Shown here piece by piece: positions 41,663 through 50,585 of a stretch of DNA of 64,000 nucleotides (positions are counted from its first letter, which is position 1; each line of letters starts with the position of its first letter). The stretch lies in assembly GCA_016198905.1 (NCBI GenBank), contig JACQHR010000032.1, positions 74,390-138,389 on the forward strand, written 5' to 3'. The notes beneath the pieces were generated by a model, which was not told where the DNA came from, did not search any database, and saw only the letters and a program-made list of their open reading frames with translations. This DNA comes from Candidatus Omnitrophota bacterium (GTDB lineage Bacteria > Omnitrophota > Gorgyraeia > Aquiviventales > Aquiviventaceae). Made by a program: the position numbers and the translations under genes.

Positions 41663-42736
41663 TTAGCTCTCCAGACTCAAAACGTCTTCAACCGGCCGAC
41701 GGGGCGTGCGCGCCGTCGGGGGTGCCGCGAATCCAATCCTAAACAGCATGATCGGTGTGCGGTGCGCGAGCGCAGGAAACACCCTCGCCAATTGCGCTCC
41801 TGTGTCTTCGACGAGCGCGCGATGACGGGGCGAGAGCCCTTGACCCTCCGCAAGCCGGCAGCGCAAGAGCAAGCAGATCATGCCGGTGATGGGTTGAAAC
41901 GCGAGTCCTTGCAACGTCGACGTCAGCCACAACCGCTCGAGCACTTCACCGGCGTGGACAAAATCCTCCGGCCGCTGCCCCTCCACCGTCAACAGCCCAA
42001 GCGCGGCAGAGCGTTGATACGTCCGTTGCGTGCGAAGCGGCAGCAAGCGCGTGACACCGCACGCCGCAAGCGTGTGCGCGACAGGCCACGAGCCGAGCAG
42101 GTGAAAGCCCGGCCGCTCAACGGGATGGAGTTCGAGTGATCCGATGGGCATGCCGTCGCCGCTTCCTTGCGGCGTCCATCGCAGCCATCGGTAGAGACCA
42201 TCATGCAGCGCGCGATTCTCGAAGAGAATTTGGTCGTTGCGGGCAGCCAGCGCGGCGGCAGTTCGTTTAGCTTGATTAGTCTCAACGAGCTCGAGCGACG
42301 TGCCAGGGCCGTTGCGGGCGATCGCCAGCAGTGCATCGCGAAGGGCTGCGGTGAGCGGCGTGCGCTGATACGGCCGCCGATTCGCGCAACGCGCTTCCAG
42401 GGCTGACATCAGAGGATCATGGTGCGGCGTCATAGGCTGAAACGAGATGCGTGCGGCATGAGACTCTCCATGTCCACGAGGGAACAGCTCCGCAGAAACG
42501 TCATACCCGCGAGACCGGGCCACGAGGCGCATGTTGGTGATGGTCGCCCCCAACGCGATCCATGAGGCGGTATGCTGCACGTCGTAGAGAGACTCGGCTC
42601 GCTCATAGACCAACATGAGATCAAGCTCCCGCTCGTTCCAGACGAAACGCCACGGCTGACAATTATCGCCCGAGGGAGCGAGCAGGCCCGCGCGGACGAT
42701 CTGCGCGACGATGCTGCGTTCAAGGTGAGGCGCCAT
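41663..42736 (-). CDS. Nitroreductase-family protein (double-length)
   Basis: IVRAGLLAPSGDNCQPWRFVW is the nitroreductase N-terminal signature. At 357 aa it suggests a duplicated or extended fold. Confidence 0.65.
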   Translation of the reverse strand: MAPHLERSIVAQIVRAGLLAPSGDNCQPWRFVWNERELDLMLVYERAESLYDVQHTASWIALGATITNMRLVARSRGYDVSAELFPRGHGESHAARISFQPMTPHHDPLMSALEARCANRRPYQRTPLTAALRDALLAIARNGPGTSLELVETNQAKRTAAALAARNDQILFENRALHDGLYRWLRWTPQGSGDGMPIGSLELHPVERPGFHLLGSWPVAHTLAACGVTRLLPLRTQRTYQRSAALGLLTVEGQRPEDFVHAGEVLERLWLTSTLQGLAFQPITGMICLLLRCRLAEGQGLSPRHRALVEDTGAQLARVFPALAHRTPIMLFRIGFAAPPTARTPRRPVEDVLSLES

Positions 42737-43613
42737 GCCCGAACGTGCGCCGGATATACCACAGTTTCAATTGCTGCCACGGATGACGATTGCCGCCCCA
42801 CAGGGTGCCGATACGATAGCGCAACCGATAAGGATCAAATTGGGCGTAGCGAGGCACGCCCAGCGGCGCGCGGCGTTTGAGGATCAGGTTCATGACCTCT
42901 GCGGCGACGACGCCGGCGCACAAGTTGATCGCGATGCTCGAGGAGGGGCCGCGATGTTCTTTCAAGTTGACGCTGGCGGGATCGAGGTAGGGCAGGTGCA
43001 ATGCGGCGGGTGCAAGGCCGACCGCAAAGCGCGCCAGTTGCTCAAACGCGCTCATCGAATCATCGATGGCCATGAACCGATCAAAGCTTGGGCCATCAGG
43101 CATGAAGACCAACAAGGCTGCGCTGAATCCCATCGGCCCGCATGTCACGATGGGAAGACGCTTGGCGTGCGCGCGCTGAAAGAGCAGCCGCCGCGCCTCT
43201 ATGCAGAAGAAATCCAGTCCATCGACGACGACGTCGCATCCTGTGAGAAACTCGTCGATGTTGTTGGCATGAATGCCCTCAGGGAAGCTTCGGATCGATG
43301 CGGCGGGGTTGATGGTCTTAGCCATGTCTGCCATCACCGTGGTCTTCGGTTGCCCGATGGTCTGGAGCGTTGCGCCGGGCTGTCGGTTGAAGTTTCTGAG
43401 CTCGAACGTGTCGTGATCCGCAATCGTGAAACGCTCGAACCCTAGGCGAGTTAACGCGAGGAGATGGGCCCCGCCAACGCCACCCATGCCAGGAATGGCG
43501 ACGGTGGCTTGCCGGAGCCGTTGTTGTTCGTCAGAGGTGAGGAGGCCACGATTCGCCGCAAAGGCTTCTTCATAACTGAACGGTGCAGTCATCGGCATTG
43601 GAACAGGTGCCAT
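42720..43613 (-). CDS. ThiF/MoeB/HesA-family E1-like adenylyltransferase
   Basis: VAIPGMGGVGGAHLLALTRLGFERFTIADHDTFELRNFNRQ (GxGxxG Rossmann + NxNRQ). Confidence 0.85.
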   Translation of the reverse strand: MAPVPMPMTAPFSYEEAFAANRGLLTSDEQQRLRQATVAIPGMGGVGGAHLLALTRLGFERFTIADHDTFELRNFNRQPGATLQTIGQPKTTVMADMAKTINPAASIRSFPEGIHANNIDEFLTGCDVVVDGLDFFCIEARRLLFQRAHAKRLPIVTCGPMGFSAALLVFMPDGPSFDRFMAIDDSMSAFEQLARFAVGLAPAALHLPYLDPASVNLKEHRGPSSSIAINLCAGVVAAEVMNLILKRRAPLGVPRYAQFDPYRLRYRIGTLWGGNRHPWQQLKLWYIRRTFGHGASP

Positions 43614-43671
43614 TATAGCACAGCACCGTGGCGCACATGGCGACGAGAGCGACCGGAAAGGCGCGAAGGAC

Positions 43672-44559
43672 TTACGACTGCGGAAGCATCAATCCAAACT
43701 GGGGCGGGCTGGTGTGCGCAGCATTGAGGATATCCGCGAACGGATATGTGGGATAGCAGCTTTTGATGTGCGCCAGTTCAGTCGGGCTGGCCGAGGCGAA
43801 GACAGGCAGCGTATGAACGAACAGCGTTTCCAAGTCGCTTGGTGAAAACTTCAGCTTCTCTGCGAACGGGGCCGGTGAAGGTTTCTTGCCATAAAAGAGT
43901 TGGTAGGCCGCATGCGAGGCGGCGTGCTGCTCAGTGTCCCGGATGTTCAGGTGTCTGGCCACGGAAGGATTGCTGTTGGCGGCCGTATATGTTTTAAGCC
44001 CCCCCAATGGTTGGAGCTGGAGAAATTCGTAAAGAATCTGATGCTTCGGGTTGAAGCATGCAACCAGTTCATCAGTCGGGGTCGAGCTACGGAGATAGTC
44101 GAACATGATTTTGAACAATCTCAGCGTGAAGAGCAGCTTCTTCGCGTGGAATAGGGTGAATACCTTTTGGCCGAAGAGCCGGCCATCTAAGGCCAGCATG
44201 GACACTTCAGCCACCCGAAGGCCTTGACGACGTAGTACGTCTACCTCGGTCTTGTACGCCTCATCCATGGGTAAGCCTAGAGGGGAATCTTCGACGACGG
44301 AGACCGTTCCAATAATACCCAAGCGACGGTGCACGGCAATGAAGGTCGCCGTTGTGGGAAGCGCATGGTACAAAGACAGCTTCAGCCGCGCAGGATTCGG
44401 TTTGACGTAGTTGCGTTTCAGGTACTCGGTATAGACAAGCTGACTGGCAATCTTGAACTCCTCAACGGTTTTCACGATGCGGAACTCGACCGGACGAAGA
44501 AATTGAGGGACCGTGTCATAGAGTCGGCCAAGCAGTGAAATCGAAGGACCGGTGGTCAT
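43672..44559 (-). CDS. N-acyl amino acid synthase-like acyltransferase (FeeM/NasY-like; PEP-CTERM/exosortase-associated type)
   Basis: FRIVKTVEEFKIASQLVYTEYLKRNYV...GTVSVVEDSPLGLPMDE...VAEVSMLAL resembles the LuxI-like GNAT N-acyl amino acid synthases. Assignment is from pattern memory only. Confidence 0.55.
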   Translation of the reverse strand: MTTGPSISLLGRLYDTVPQFLRPVEFRIVKTVEEFKIASQLVYTEYLKRNYVKPNPARLKLSLYHALPTTATFIAVHRRLGIIGTVSVVEDSPLGLPMDEAYKTEVDVLRRQGLRVAEVSMLALDGRLFGQKVFTLFHAKKLLFTLRLFKIMFDYLRSSTPTDELVACFNPKHQILYEFLQLQPLGGLKTYTAANSNPSVARHLNIRDTEQHAASHAAYQLFYGKKPSPAPFAEKLKFSPSDLETLFVHTLPVFASASPTELAHIKSCYPTYPFADILNAAHTSPPQFGLMLPQS

Positions 44560-44561
44560 AA

Positions 44562-44990
44562 TTACTGCAAATACCTCTTCAGCAGCTCTGCCGCAACGAA
44601 ATGGCAGTACTGAGCAAAGGTTGTTTCATTGCGGGCAGGAGAAAATGTCACCCCGACGGCGTAGTCTTTACCTCCACGCTTCTGACGACACCAACCGATC
44701 TGCCCAAAGAGCATGAGCGGTTCAGGTCGATCCAGCATGGCGAGGACAATCTGACACGGACTGGCCACAGCGATCATTTGTGAGATGGAGAACTCGATGC
44801 CAGCGCCACTGATCGTCATTGTCTTGCTGGAGCCGGTAATCTGTTCATCGCCGGATCGAATAGTGTAGGACAATGTGAGGGTGAGCGGCAGGCGTTCCGC
44901 TGCTCGCTGATCGACGGACAAGACATGCATTTCCGTCGCGTCCTGCCGAATGGCGACGTCATGCTGCACTGTGGTTTCTCGTTTCCGCAT
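44562..44990 (-). CDS. PilZ-domain (c-di-GMP-binding) protein
   Basis: QRAAER (RxxxR) followed by TISGAGIEF (D/N-x-S-x-x-G-like). 142 aa. First gene of the minus-strand operon. Confidence 0.65.
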   Translation of the reverse strand: MRKRETTVQHDVAIRQDATEMHVLSVDQRAAERLPLTLTLSYTIRSGDEQITGSSKTMTISGAGIEFSISQMIAVASPCQIVLAMLDRPEPLMLFGQIGWCRQKRGGKDYAVGVTFSPARNETTFAQYCHFVAAELLKRYLQ

Positions 44991-45344
44991 TCAGCACTCG
45001 CTCGGTTCGTTAATCTGTTTAAACAACCAGACGAACTATACCATATAGAGCACGATATTATCAAGATTTCAACTACTTAAATAATCATTACACTTTTGAT
45101 GTATCTTTTTGAAATTCAGAGTGTTGTTTTATGTACGTTTCGATGGCTCATTTCACCACTCTACACGTTGTAACTGCCCTGATTTTTGGACACTATGTCT
45201 AAAAAAGCAGACATCGGTATGATGTTCTGGATTTGTGGTACAGCGCATAGTGTTTATATAGGTATTTTTATAGTTATTTATCGTAACATATTTAACAGTA
45301 GCATGTTATGAGCAGTACGGATAATGTAGCCACTTACTAGGAGT

Positions 45345-45360
45345 TGGTACAGAACCTGCT
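45345..45360 (+). promoter_or_regulatory. Sigma-54 (-24/-12) promoter candidate
   Basis: TGGTACagaacCTGCT has GG-N10-GC spacing. It lies in a 430-nt AT-rich divergent intergenic region, 65 nt upstream of ATG 45425. Confidence 0.6.
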
Positions 45361-45424
45361 CTTAATCTCTCTCAAATAATTGGAATTTCCTTGGCCTAAA
45401 TAGCCTAAGGAGGAAAGACAAGGC

Positions 45425-45892
45425 ATGCGAAACACATCTCGGTGTCTGCTCATTGGATTGGCGATCTCCGTACAACTTCTAACATCAGGTTGTGGGAGCG
45501 GTATCGGGGGGTTCTCCAGCCTTTTTGGCGCGAAGGCGTTCGCGGATCTGCTGGATTCCTTAAACGGCGGCTCAGGGGGGTCCGGTTCCGAAGGAGATCT
45601 GAACATCGCATCCATCACGCAGAACTTTTTTGGGAGCGACAGCGGGGTGTTCAATGAGCTCTACGATGAGTTGGGAGATTGGGATGATGAGGATCTCTCT
45701 TCATTGTTTGGAGACTCTGGCCATCCGGGAAGCGGTAATGGTAATAATGAGGGTTCGACGTCAACAACGGTCGTCGAGCAACAAGTTGCCAGACTGCACA
45801 ACCCTGAACCAGCCAGCCTCGCCTTGTTCGGCAGCGGCTTAACGGGTGTCGCCTGCCTTCGACGGCGCAAGACGCGCAAGACATCGTCCTGA
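45425..45892 (+). CDS. Small acidic PEP-CTERM protein with lipoprotein-type signal peptide
   Basis: N-terminus MRNTSRCLLIGLAISVQLLTSGCGSG (Cys after the hydrophobic core). C-terminus NPEPASLALFGSGLTGVACLRRRKTRKTSS. Confidence 0.85.
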   Translation: MRNTSRCLLIGLAISVQLLTSGCGSGIGGFSSLFGAKAFADLLDSLNGGSGGSGSEGDLNIASITQNFFGSDSGVFNELYDELGDWDDEDLSSLFGDSGHPGSGNGNNEGSTSTTVVEQQVARLHNPEPASLALFGSGLTGVACLRRRKTRKTSS

Positions 45893-46004
45893 CGATCGTT
45901 CACACGGTGCAGGGCGCGCGCGTGACTGCGCGTTTTGCAAGAGGTCCTGAAGCGCCCCATACTGATTCATCGCGGTCCACGTAACTCCAGACACGAGGAG
46001 CACC

Positions 46005-46904
46005 ATGCGAGCACTCTTACTGGCAGTTCGCGAGACAGCACAATTGTTTGGCAGGCAGCGCATATTATGGCTGCCATTTGTGTGTGTGACATTCGTTGAA
46101 GCGCTCTTCGTAGGACTTGTGTGGCTTGCCCCGCACGCCCCGTTTTCCGACGTCCTAGCTCCCCCGATCCGATTCTTTTTTGGAGATCGCGTCCTGCATT
46201 ATCCGGCCCATCTGTGGTTTCTCTACCATGTGACCCGACATGCCTACATCGCCGCCACGGTGCTCGTCGGAGCATTTATGACCGGGGTCGCCTGCGCCAT
46301 GGTCGGTCAGATCCACACCGGAGCGATGTTGTCGTTTCGTGACGTGCTCGTTAATCGGCAAGTGCATTACGGCCGCATGCTGCTGGTATGGATCATCAGC
46401 TGGGGAATCGCGACGAGCATCGCGGAAGGATCAGCCCGCGTTGCGCCGAAAAGCCTTCTGGGACTGCTCGTTGTCGTCGGCATTACCGTGGTACTTCAGG
46501 CGTTGTTTGTCTACGCGATTCCTGCGGCGGTGTTTCAGCGCGCAAAGTGGTGGAAAGCCCTGCTCTCCAGCGTGCGAGAAACAGCCCGATATCCTCTCAG
46601 CACCTTAGCTGTTGTGACGCCTCCCACGCTTCTTGTGATTGGGCTCGCAGTCCTCGTGCCGCCCGTGAAAGTGGCGGAATGGATGGGACGCACGCAGCCC
46701 GAATGGGCGGTGGCTTGCGTGGCAGTTCGGCTCATCGTGTGGATGGTGGCCGATGCGCTATTGACCGTCGCGACGGCACACCTGTGGTGGACGCATCGAG
46801 CGGTTTCGCGTGCCGCGAATCCCGCGGTTCAGGTCGCTACAGCGCGTCATCCGCACAAAGCGGCGCAGCAGCCACCAACGCAGAAACACCCTCTTGTCGC
46901 CTAA
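46005..46904 (+). CDS. Polytopic membrane protein, unknown function
   Basis: About 6 hydrophobic segments and no recognised motif. It precedes the TPR lipoprotein and the exosortase. Confidence 0.5.
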   Translation: MRALLLAVRETAQLFGRQRILWLPFVCVTFVEALFVGLVWLAPHAPFSDVLAPPIRFFFGDRVLHYPAHLWFLYHVTRHAYIAATVLVGAFMTGVACAMVGQIHTGAMLSFRDVLVNRQVHYGRMLLVWIISWGIATSIAEGSARVAPKSLLGLLVVVGITVVLQALFVYAIPAAVFQRAKWWKALLSSVRETARYPLSTLAVVTPPTLLVIGLAVLVPPVKVAEWMGRTQPEWAVACVAVRLIVWMVADALLTVATAHLWWTHRAVSRAANPAVQVATARHPHKAAQQPPTQKHPLVA

Positions 46905-46944
46905 CGCGTCACATCGATCACACAAACCTGCAGCGGAGTTGGTG

Positions 46945-47907
46945 ATGTTGAGAATGAGTAGAACACGCACGAGCGACACGAACGTGCGATTCTGCGTTGT
47001 TTCATGCGCCTCGATCCTGTCTGCAGTGGTCATCCTGACTGGTTGTAGCGCCAACTACAACGGCGAGCGCCTCTTTTGGAAGGCGCAACAATTGCAAGCG
47101 GCTATTATCAAGGATCCTGCCAAAGCGTCGCCTGCGCAGTTTGCTACCGCGGTGAATGCGTTTGACCAGGTTATCCAGAAGGTGCCAGGGACGATGTGGG
47201 CGGCGCGAGCCCAGGTATCCATCGGGTCACTGTACGCGATGGAGCGACAGTATGAGAAAGCGAGAGCGGCCTATGCGCTCGTCCTCCAAAATTACAATCA
47301 ATATAAGCAGTTCTGCTTGGCGGCCCGTTTGGCGACAGCGAGAACGTATGAACTGGAGCAAAATGGACCGGAAGCGATCGCGGTCTACAAGGATATCTCC
47401 GAGTACTACCCCTGGAGCGTGCCCGGGCTAGAATCCCCGCTGCATATCGCCCGGATGTATGAGCAGCGCAAGGATACCGAAGCAGCGACACAGGCCTACC
47501 AGCGCGCGGTCCGTATGTATACCAGGCTCCTTCCAGATGCGCCGACTCCTGAATTGACGATGCAGATCAAAGGGTATCTGACCTTGGCCTACCAGCGGCT
47601 CGGCCAGTGGGAGGACGCAGTGAATTTGCTCCAGGAACTTGCTGCGGTCAAGAGCGGCGTCAACAAACCGCTTGTGCTGCTCACGTTGGCGTCAATCTAT
47701 CAAACGAAGCTCAAAGAGACGCAGAAAGCTCAAACTGTGTACACACAGCTCGTTCAGGAGTTTCCAACGAATCCATTTGCGAAAGCCGCGAAAGCGCAGC
47801 TCGAACAGTTGGGCGCTCCGGTGCCGGAGACCGCTGCGGAGACGTCTGCGGTCCAGACACCAGCGATTCCGGCCACACCTGTGAAGGGGCCGGCTGGAGG
47901 CCGATAA
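46945..47907 (+). CDS. TPR-repeat lipoprotein
   Basis: Lipobox AVVILTGC. Repeated A-x-Y..A/L helical-pair patterns (e.g. AQVSIGSLYAMERQYEKARAAYALVLQNY). Start placed at internal ATG 46945. Confidence 0.7.
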   Translation: MLRMSRTRTSDTNVRFCVVSCASILSAVVILTGCSANYNGERLFWKAQQLQAAIIKDPAKASPAQFATAVNAFDQVIQKVPGTMWAARAQVSIGSLYAMERQYEKARAAYALVLQNYNQYKQFCLAARLATARTYELEQNGPEAIAVYKDISEYYPWSVPGLESPLHIARMYEQRKDTEAATQAYQRAVRMYTRLLPDAPTPELTMQIKGYLTLAYQRLGQWEDAVNLLQELAAVKSGVNKPLVLLTLASIYQTKLKETQKAQTVYTQLVQEFPTNPFAKAAKAQLEQLGAPVPETAAETSAVQTPAIPATPVKGPAGGR

Positions 47908-47910
47908 CGC

Positions 47911-48789
47911 ATGGGAGTTTTGCCTCGTTCAATCCAACCCACCTCTCGCCAGCTGATATTTAGTCTCTTTTACGCGGCCTGCTTCATGGCGCTCTTCTGG
48001 CCGACATTTACCTGGCTGGCCGAGCGGTTTGATGCCCACGACTCCTTCTATTCGCACGGCTGGCTCATTCCATTTGCCAGCGCGTGGCTGATTTGGCAGC
48101 GTCGCGTTCAATGGGAGGCGTGTCCCCGAGCCGCCAGCTATCGCGGGTTAGCGCTGCTCGCACCGTCACTCCTCATCCATCTCGTGGCGACGCGGCTTGA
48201 CCTGCATTTCGCATCGGGATTTGCGATGTTGGGCGCGATCTGGGGACTGGTGTGGACGTGTTGGGGTTGGCGGATGTTATGGACCTTGCGGTTTCCGATG
48301 CTGTTTCTCCTCTTCATGGTGCCGCTGCCAGGCGTCTTGCTCATTTCCATCAGCTTCAAGATGAAAATGATGGCGGCGACTCTCGCGACTCACGCGCTGC
48401 ACCTTATGCAGATTCCCGCGGAACGAGCCGGCTCAACCATCAACGTCCCCGGAGTCTCGGTCGTGGTCGATGATACCTGCAGCGGCCTCCGCTCGCTCAT
48501 CAGCCTGATCGCGCTGTCGGTGTTTTGGACGTCGTGTATGCCGGCCGCCTCGCGTCAGTGGCAGAAGCTGGCCATCGTGGCCGCGTCGATACCTATTGCG
48601 TTGGCGGCGAACATGGTGCGGATTCTTGCTCTGGTCTTGCTTGCGGCCATCTACGGATCGCACGCCGCTGAAGGCTACTTGCACTACGGCTCTGGGATTG
48701 TGGTGTTTGTCGTCGCACTGGCCATCCTCGCGTGGATGACCCGATGGATTCAACAATGGTCACGTCCCTCACTCGGCCTCAACCAATAG
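47911..48789 (+). CDS. Exosortase (EpsH/Xrt family)
   Basis: W..D..FYSHGWLIPF, VVDDTCSGLRSLISL (catalytic Cys context), ANMVRI and HYGSG. 8 or more TM segments. Confidence 0.9.
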   Translation: MGVLPRSIQPTSRQLIFSLFYAACFMALFWPTFTWLAERFDAHDSFYSHGWLIPFASAWLIWQRRVQWEACPRAASYRGLALLAPSLLIHLVATRLDLHFASGFAMLGAIWGLVWTCWGWRMLWTLRFPMLFLLFMVPLPGVLLISISFKMKMMAATLATHALHLMQIPAERAGSTINVPGVSVVVDDTCSGLRSLISLIALSVFWTSCMPAASRQWQKLAIVAASIPIALAANMVRILALVLLAAIYGSHAAEGYLHYGSGIVVFVVALAILAWMTRWIQQWSRPSLGLNQ

Positions 48790-49379
48790 CCCTTCTCTTC
48801 TTGGCGGCTTCCGCAGGCTTGCTGTGGACGGGGCAGCACCATGCCTCGCGCCCTGTGATGGCGCGCGAACCCATGCCCACGACGCTGGGAACATGGACCT
48901 CGACACCCATCCCGGTGGATCGGCGCGCGATCGACATTCTGGAAACAGAAGACGTCGAGCTGCTGGAGTATAAGCAAGCTCAGGAGCCTCCAGTGTGGCT
49001 GGCGCATGTGGGCGGCTTCGGGAACCGAGCCGCGTTTCACCCGCCGGAACTCTGCTATGTTGGAAGCCATTTCGAGGTGTTGGAACGCGGACCGATCACG
49101 GTCACCGCCAATGGCCAGTCGCGCCGACTGATGCGGCTGGTGATCGGGCAGGAAAAGGCGCGGTTCGAGGCGTGGTACTGGTTTACCGCCAATGGCCGCG
49201 TGACGCCCAACTACTATCAGCAGCAACTCTGGCTGCTCTTGGATGCGCTCTACAGCAAGCCCATGGGCGGGACGCTCATGCGCATTTCGACGGCTTTTGA
49301 TGACCCTGCGCGGTCACACCAGCGCTTGCTGGCATTTCTGACGGCTTGGGAGACCAGGCATCAACCGACGACACCATAA
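48732..49379 (+). CDS. EpsI-family exosortase-associated protein
   Basis: N-terminal TM and FHPPELCYVGSHFE (the conserved H-x-P-x-x-C of EpsI). Overlaps the exosortase 3' end. Start is ambiguous (48732, 48744 or 48756). Confidence 0.75.
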   Translation: MDDPMDSTMVTSLTRPQPIALLFLAASAGLLWTGQHHASRPVMAREPMPTTLGTWTSTPIPVDRRAIDILETEDVELLEYKQAQEPPVWLAHVGGFGNRAAFHPPELCYVGSHFEVLERGPITVTANGQSRRLMRLVIGQEKARFEAWYWFTANGRVTPNYYQQQLWLLLDALYSKPMGGTLMRISTAFDDPARSHQRLLAFLTAWETRHQPTTP

Positions 49380-49385
49380 CCGCCC

Positions 49386-50585
49386 ATGGCACAACGCTTA
49401 TTGACCCAACCGATCCCCGCTCCGCTTGACGCTCTGAGGAGAGCATGGTATCCTACCAAGTTCCAGACCTCCCCTCGTCGTCAAAAACCAACTGGTGTTC
49501 GGATGGTTCCATCGAATCGACATAGTGATGAGTGGGCACAGCTCTTCGATGTGGCGCCATGCGGATTGGTGTTGATTGATAACCACGCCGTGATTCAGTT
49601 ATTCAACCCAACCGCATTTCGGCTACTTGGTCTCGAGGATCAAGACGTCATTGGGCAATCATTGCTTGACGTGCTGCCGACCTGGAAAGACACTCCGTTC
49701 TACGCCAGCCTTCCGTCGTTCTTCGGTGCTCAATCCACGTTTGAGTGCATGGAGTTCGACATTCCGAGCCCCAACAACAAACGTCTGCGCGTCTCCGCGG
49801 CATTTGTCCCGAACGGCTCCGAGCATGCTCGCGGGGTCTTGCTGACCATTACCGAGAGCGCCGATGTGGCCAGCCTTGAGCAACGGCTGCACCGGGCTGA
49901 GTACCAGGCATCAATCGGCAAGCTCGCACGCGGCATTGCGCATGAGCTGAACAGCCCGCTCGACGGCGTACTGCGCTACACGCACTTGGCCCTGGAACAC
50001 CTGACCGAAGATTCGCCGGTGCGCGAGTATCTGGTCCATGTCAAGGAAGGATTGGATCGTATGGTGCGCGCGGTTCGCGCCTTCCTTGAGTTCTCCCGCC
50101 AAGTCACCACCCCGGTCAATCGCCTCGCGAATCTCAACCAATTGGTTGATGATGCGCTCCTCTTAGTCCAACATCGCGCCAAGTTCCAGCAGATTCGGGT
50201 CGTCAAGCGGCTGGATGACGGGCTGCCGGCTGTCCTCGATGGAGGGCTGCAGCACGCCATTGTGAATCTCATCAAGAACGCCTTTGATGCCATGCCGCGA
50301 GGGGGCACGCTTACGATTACGACGCGGGCGACGAATGAGCATGTGCATGTCGATGTCGAGGACACCGGGTCCGGCATTCCCGAAGAAATCCGCCCCAGAA
50401 TTTTCGAGCCGTTTTTCTCCACCAAACCGATTCATCAGGGCAGCGGGTTGGGATTGATCATCGCCAAGGAAGTGTTGGAGCGTTCGGGCGGCAGCATCGA
50501 ATTTACCAGCCAATCCGGCGTGGGCACGACCTTCCGCGTGCACGTGCCCATCGCCCCCATTGAGGCCAAGCCGCATGGATCGTAG
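49386..50585 (+). CDS. Soluble PAS sensor histidine kinase
   Basis: PAS-like LFDVAPCGLVLIDNHAVIQLFNPTAFRLLG. H-box ARGIAHELNSPL. N/G boxes NLIKNAFDAM, DTGSGIPEEI, GSGLGL. Alternative start at 49503. Confidence 0.85.
   Translation: MAQRLLTQPIPAPLDALRRAWYPTKFQTSPRRQKPTGVRMVPSNRHSDEWAQLFDVAPCGLVLIDNHAVIQLFNPTAFRLLGLEDQDVIGQSLLDVLPTWKDTPFYASLPSFFGAQSTFECMEFDIPSPNNKRLRVSAAFVPNGSEHARGVLLTITESADVASLEQRLHRAEYQASIGKLARGIAHELNSPLDGVLRYTHLALEHLTEDSPVREYLVHVKEGLDRMVRAVRAFLEFSRQVTTPVNRLANLNQLVDDALLLVQHRAKFQQIRVVKRLDDGLPAVLDGGLQHAIVNLIKNAFDAMPRGGTLTITTRATNEHVHVDVEDTGSGIPEEIRPRIFEPFFSTKPIHQGSGLGLIIAKEVLERSGGSIEFTSQSGVGTTFRVHVPIAPIEAKPHGS

Noticed and set aside
40798-41742. 314-aa plus-strand ORF.
   Set aside because: It is antisense to the ABC ATPase and permease genes, which carry Walker A, signature and Walker B motifs. 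It has no motifs of its own.
44991-45344. A sigma-54 promoter for the divergent PilZ operon on the minus strand.
   Set aside because: I scanned the plus strand for GC-N10-CC in a WGCAA-N5-GTGCCA context and found no acceptable match. The promoter type is unknown.
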